Origin: Candidatus Latescibacterota bacterium
GTDB lineage: Bacteria > Latescibacterota > UBA2968
Direction: 5' to 3'
NCBI GenBank assembly: GCA_965204375.1
Contig: OZ241986.1
Coordinates: 5,248,001 to 5,312,000, forward strand
DNA: 64,000 nt
The notes under the pieces are model-generated. The model searched no databases. It saw only the letters and a list, made by a program, of their open reading frames with translations, and was not told the DNA's origin. Shown one piece after another: positions 60,848 through 64,000 of the stretch; within the stretch, counting starts at the first letter, position 1, and each line of letters starts with the position of its first letter. Both the position numbers and the translations under genes were made by a program.

Positions 60848-62043
60848 GATACGCTCCCCTTGGTAGCGACTTCTCGCCAGGGCACCATCCTCGGATAGCG
60901 TCGTCCGTTGAGCCTTTCGCCGATAAAGGTCCCACGCACCCAATAATGGTACGTGACCAGCGTGATGGCAGTTGTCGTACTGAGCACGAGACTGAACTTG
61001 ACGCCTGAGGGAAGAGGATAGTCTGCAAGGAGGGGCGGCAACAAGATGGTTATTGGCATATGGATGATGTACATCCAGTACGAAGCGTCAGACATGTAGC
61101 GCCAGTAGGGGCTCGGCCTGGCGAGATAACGCAAGAACAACCCGAGGGAGCCGTAAATCAGCGACCATATCGACAGGGCAAGACAGGATATTGCCAGGAC
61201 ATGGATGCGAACTGCGGTATCATCTCCATACCCTTGATGGTAGAAGAACTGGTACAACCCGTGGCACACAAGTCCAATAACAAAATGTTCCCAAGCGCGC
61301 GGTTTAAAGCCCTCAAGGACTTCGCGGCGCTTGAAAATTAGCCACCCAACGATAAAAAATACTGCGTACGCAGTTAGAATACGTGGGGGCGGGAGAGGAG
61401 AACTCGAATAGTCAAGCGTCCAATACTTCATGGGGTATAGCGTCAAGCCGCTTATTGCGGCCAGCAGAACCAGACCATAAGGACGGTGGAGTACTCGCGC
61501 GAAGGTATTGAGTATGCGGTCGCGTAAATCCGCTCGAAGACGACAGATGAGACTCCTGACGGGGATGACAACAACACAGAAAATCAGCAGATGGTACAGG
61601 AACCAAAGATGCATAAACAGGCCATTCAATATCGAGCCGAAATCGGCGTCGGGAAGTTTGGGGCCGGCCGTCAAGAGCTGTGCATAGTATGAGCACGCAG
61701 CGACTATTACAAATAGAATGGGCGTACTACAGGCGAGTGGGATACCGATGCGGTTAAGACGGTGGTACAAGAACGTCCTTATCCCGCGCGTGTCGCACAG
61801 AAAGGCAGCGAAGAACCCGGCAATTAAGAAAAAGGTCGGTACCCTGAAGCTGTGAATGAAACTGAATATGTACTCAAAATAAAAACTCGTTTTTGTGTCT
61901 AAATAAACCTGAAAGTTGGCCTCTGGAAGATGAAAATAATGGATAGAAGAATGCAAAACCAAACCCAGCAACATCATGATCGCTCGCAGGCAATCAAGCG
62001 AATGGTAGCGTGGTATCCCGGGCTGTGACGTATTGGTAGGCAT
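60844..62043 (-). CDS. acyltransferase family 3 (OpgC/MdoC-like)
   Basis: RYHSLDCLRA, FIHSFRVPTFF, HLWFL, DASYWMYIIH. Confidence 0.9.
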   Translation of the reverse strand: MPTNTSQPGIPRYHSLDCLRAIMMLLGLVLHSSIHYFHLPEANFQVYLDTKTSFYFEYIFSFIHSFRVPTFFLIAGFFAAFLCDTRGIRTFLYHRLNRIGIPLACSTPILFVIVAACSYYAQLLTAGPKLPDADFGSILNGLFMHLWFLYHLLIFCVVVIPVRSLICRLRADLRDRILNTFARVLHRPYGLVLLAAISGLTLYPMKYWTLDYSSSPLPPPRILTAYAVFFIVGWLIFKRREVLEGFKPRAWEHFVIGLVCHGLYQFFYHQGYGDDTAVRIHVLAISCLALSIWSLIYGSLGLFLRYLARPSPYWRYMSDASYWMYIIHMPITILLPPLLADYPLPSGVKFSLVLSTTTAITLVTYHYWVRGTFIGERLNGRRYPRMVPWREVATKGSVS

Positions 62044-62052
62044 TTTGTGAAC

Positions 62053-63999
62053 CTATTTGCGCCGGTGTACTATGCGGAGCTTGAGTGAGCTATGCGGGTG
62101 GAGACCGGGCAATTGCTTGGTTTTTAATTTGTAATCGGGGGGATCCAGTACGAGCTCGGTTGTGTGAACAATAGATGCTATGTTGAGCGCAATGAGTGCC
62201 TCGGCGAGACTGCTACCCAGGCATCGGTGAGCACCAACACCGAAGGGCGCATAGCACCCCTGCTGTCGATGCTCGGCCCGTTCTGGGGTATAGCGTTCGA
62301 TATCGAAACGTTGCGGATTGGGAAAATATTCCGCCATAAGGTGCGGCAATGTGAACGCCACGAGAACCGTTGCGCCAGCGGGAACAGTATAGCCTTCAAA
62401 TTCAAACGAATTGGCTACTGTACGCATCGTTACAGGAGTGAGTGGATAGAGGCGCATCGTCTCCATCGCCACGCGACGGATGACATCGAGTTGGGATAAA
62501 TTTTTCATTGAGGGCATGCCCTCGGCAAAAAGGGTATCTGCTTCGGCGATGGTTTGCTCGAGTATATCCGGGTTTTTCAACAACTCGTAGAGCATGAAGG
62601 CACAAGCACTTGCTGCGGTGTCGAGGCCTGCTATGTACGGTGTCAGCAGGAATACTCTGAAATTGGCCTCGGAAATATAATACGGGTCGTTTAGATTTAG
62701 TTCCAGCAAATCGTCGATGAAGTCACGGGGCTTGTCGCGGCGTTTTTCCAGATCGTGATCTGCCAGAATTTTCTGCAGGAATTCCTCCACCCGCTTGCGG
62801 GAACGCCGAAAACGCGGCAGAAACCTCACTTGCTTGGGAATATGCCGCGAGAGATGCATGGATAGCATCTTGGAAGAAAAATAGATGAGGTCATCTATGT
62901 AATCCCGAGAGGACATGCCGGTCGCCATATACCCAATTTGTTCGGCAATAATGCGCTGGCAAGCCCGCAGGGCCCCAAACGATTTATTTTGCGGCCATTC
63001 CGTAGTCTCGCGTTGCACGATGCGTACCGCATCTTCTATGCGGTCCGCAATGAGGTTGCGCGAATAGACCTGAGCATGATCCCGGCGCATGCGAATATGT
63101 TCGGGCCCGTCTATGCTGATGGGGGAGCAACTGACGCCCAGGTCCGTATTGAAGGACGCCCAAGCTTCGTGACTGCGAAAGTAATTATTGCCCTTTGATA
63201 CAAATTTGTTCGCCTCCGGGCCTGCGAGGACGATTAAGCGATGATTGAATGCACGGATGCTGAAAATTGGACCTGAATTGCGGTACTGCTTGACCAAAAA
63301 AGAGCGCAAATCGCGTGCCATGTCGATGGTGTTGCCAAGAAGCGGCAACCCCGGTGCCTCTGGTATCTCCTTAGCTGGGGGGGGTACGGGCTGCATCTCA
63401 AGCTCGAGCTTTTGGACCGCTTTGGTAACCGATTGACCGATCAGGTCCATTTTTCGCACCAGTTCGATCCGCTCCTGTACCTCTTCTCGTTCCGACCTGG
63501 ACAGAATATTCTCGAAAACGCCGCAGGCATCTGCCAGGCAGATAATGACAATATCGCGCGGGTCTGGAATTTCATCGGTGAAAAGCACGCGCATAATGCG
63601 TAACCGGACTTCTTCTACTGGTTGTCCATCAATGGTTGGATAGCGGCGGGCGTGGGATACCAAGCGCGAAAGGAGGAAGATCCCTTCGGATTCGGATTCC
63701 AATATGCCCCGATTGACCAGCCGTGCAAGTGCTTTATCGCGGATTTCTTCGCCCCGTTTGGCCGTTTGTGCGACCCAATAGCTGGCGTCTCGTGTGTCCG
63801 TATCGCGTGCAATGCTGGCCAGGGTGGGATCGAGTAGGTCGTCTTCGAGCGGTGTGGAATCAGCCAAAAAGAGATGATCGAGATCAGTATCGATGCGGTT
63901 TTCAAGGGCCAAATCCATCAACACGGCACCAGCGAGAACGATGTTCAAAGTGTCCGATGCGAGACCGGGTGCGAAATCACCCCGGTCTTCGTTGTGGAG
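62053..63999 (-). CDS. GPP34 (GOLPH3-like) domain-cytochrome P450 fusion; start lies beyond the window
   Basis: N-terminal LAGAVLMDLALENRI...LVNRGIL...RRYP; P450 motifs AGLDT, ETMR, FGVGAHRCLG; frame open to the window edge. Confidence 0.88.
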   Translation of the reverse strand, partial: LHNEDRGDFAPGLASDTLNIVLAGAVLMDLALENRIDTDLDHLFLADSTPLEDDLLDPTLASIARDTDTRDASYWVAQTAKRGEEIRDKALARLVNRGILESESEGIFLLSRLVSHARRYPTIDGQPVEEVRLRIMRVLFTDEIPDPRDIVIICLADACGVFENILSRSEREEVQERIELVRKMDLIGQSVTKAVQKLELEMQPVPPPAKEIPEAPGLPLLGNTIDMARDLRSFLVKQYRNSGPIFSIRAFNHRLIVLAGPEANKFVSKGNNYFRSHEAWASFNTDLGVSCSPISIDGPEHIRMRRDHAQVYSRNLIADRIEDAVRIVQRETTEWPQNKSFGALRACQRIIAEQIGYMATGMSSRDYIDDLIYFSSKMLSMHLSRHIPKQVRFLPRFRRSRKRVEEFLQKILADHDLEKRRDKPRDFIDDLLELNLNDPYYISEANFRVFLLTPYIAGLDTAASACAFMLYELLKNPDILEQTIAEADTLFAEGMPSMKNLSQLDVIRRVAMETMRLYPLTPVTMRTVANSFEFEGYTVPAGATVLVAFTLPHLMAEYFPNPQRFDIERYTPERAEHRQQGCYAPFGVGAHRCLGSSLAEALIALNIASIVHTTELVLDPPDYKLKTKQLPGLHPHSSLKLRIVHRRK

Positions 64000-64000
64000 A

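Overview
Bacterial chromosomal window. A marine or sponge-associated Latescibacterota/Gemmatimonadota-like organism is suggested by gene content, but this is inference only. A core of sugar and sulfate catabolism genes (sulfatases, GH2, FGE-domain protein, SDRs, Gfo/Idh/MocA, rhamnulokinase-like kinase, dgoD, gltA, msrP) is interleaved with accessory cassettes: a DNA methyltransferase 3' end, an RlaP-like nucleotidyltransferase, BrnTA and HigBA, several orphan antitoxins, a solo TIR gene, McrBC, a complete type I-C CRISPR-Cas locus (26 repeats plus one remnant) and an ABC-ATPase(DUF3696)/PIN/RNA-ligase operon. Three UGA-recoded selenoprotein genes are split or truncated in the ORF track: a deiodinase-like gene, a WAxxUGC redoxin and selD, the last two next to tRNA-Sec. 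Best leads: (1) the ATPase-PIN-RNA ligase operon as a candidate RNA cut-and-repair defence system; (2) an IS1111-type IS110 element whose ends, core, circle-junction promoter and four bridge-RNA guides can be read from the sequence, and which targets a dispersed 10-bp genomic repeat; (3) short diverged copies of neighbouring gene ends, promoters and terminators bracketing several accessory cassettes; (4) a GPP34-P450 fusion with an acyltransferase and a glycosyltransferase. All protein family calls come from motif recognition by eye; no database search was run.
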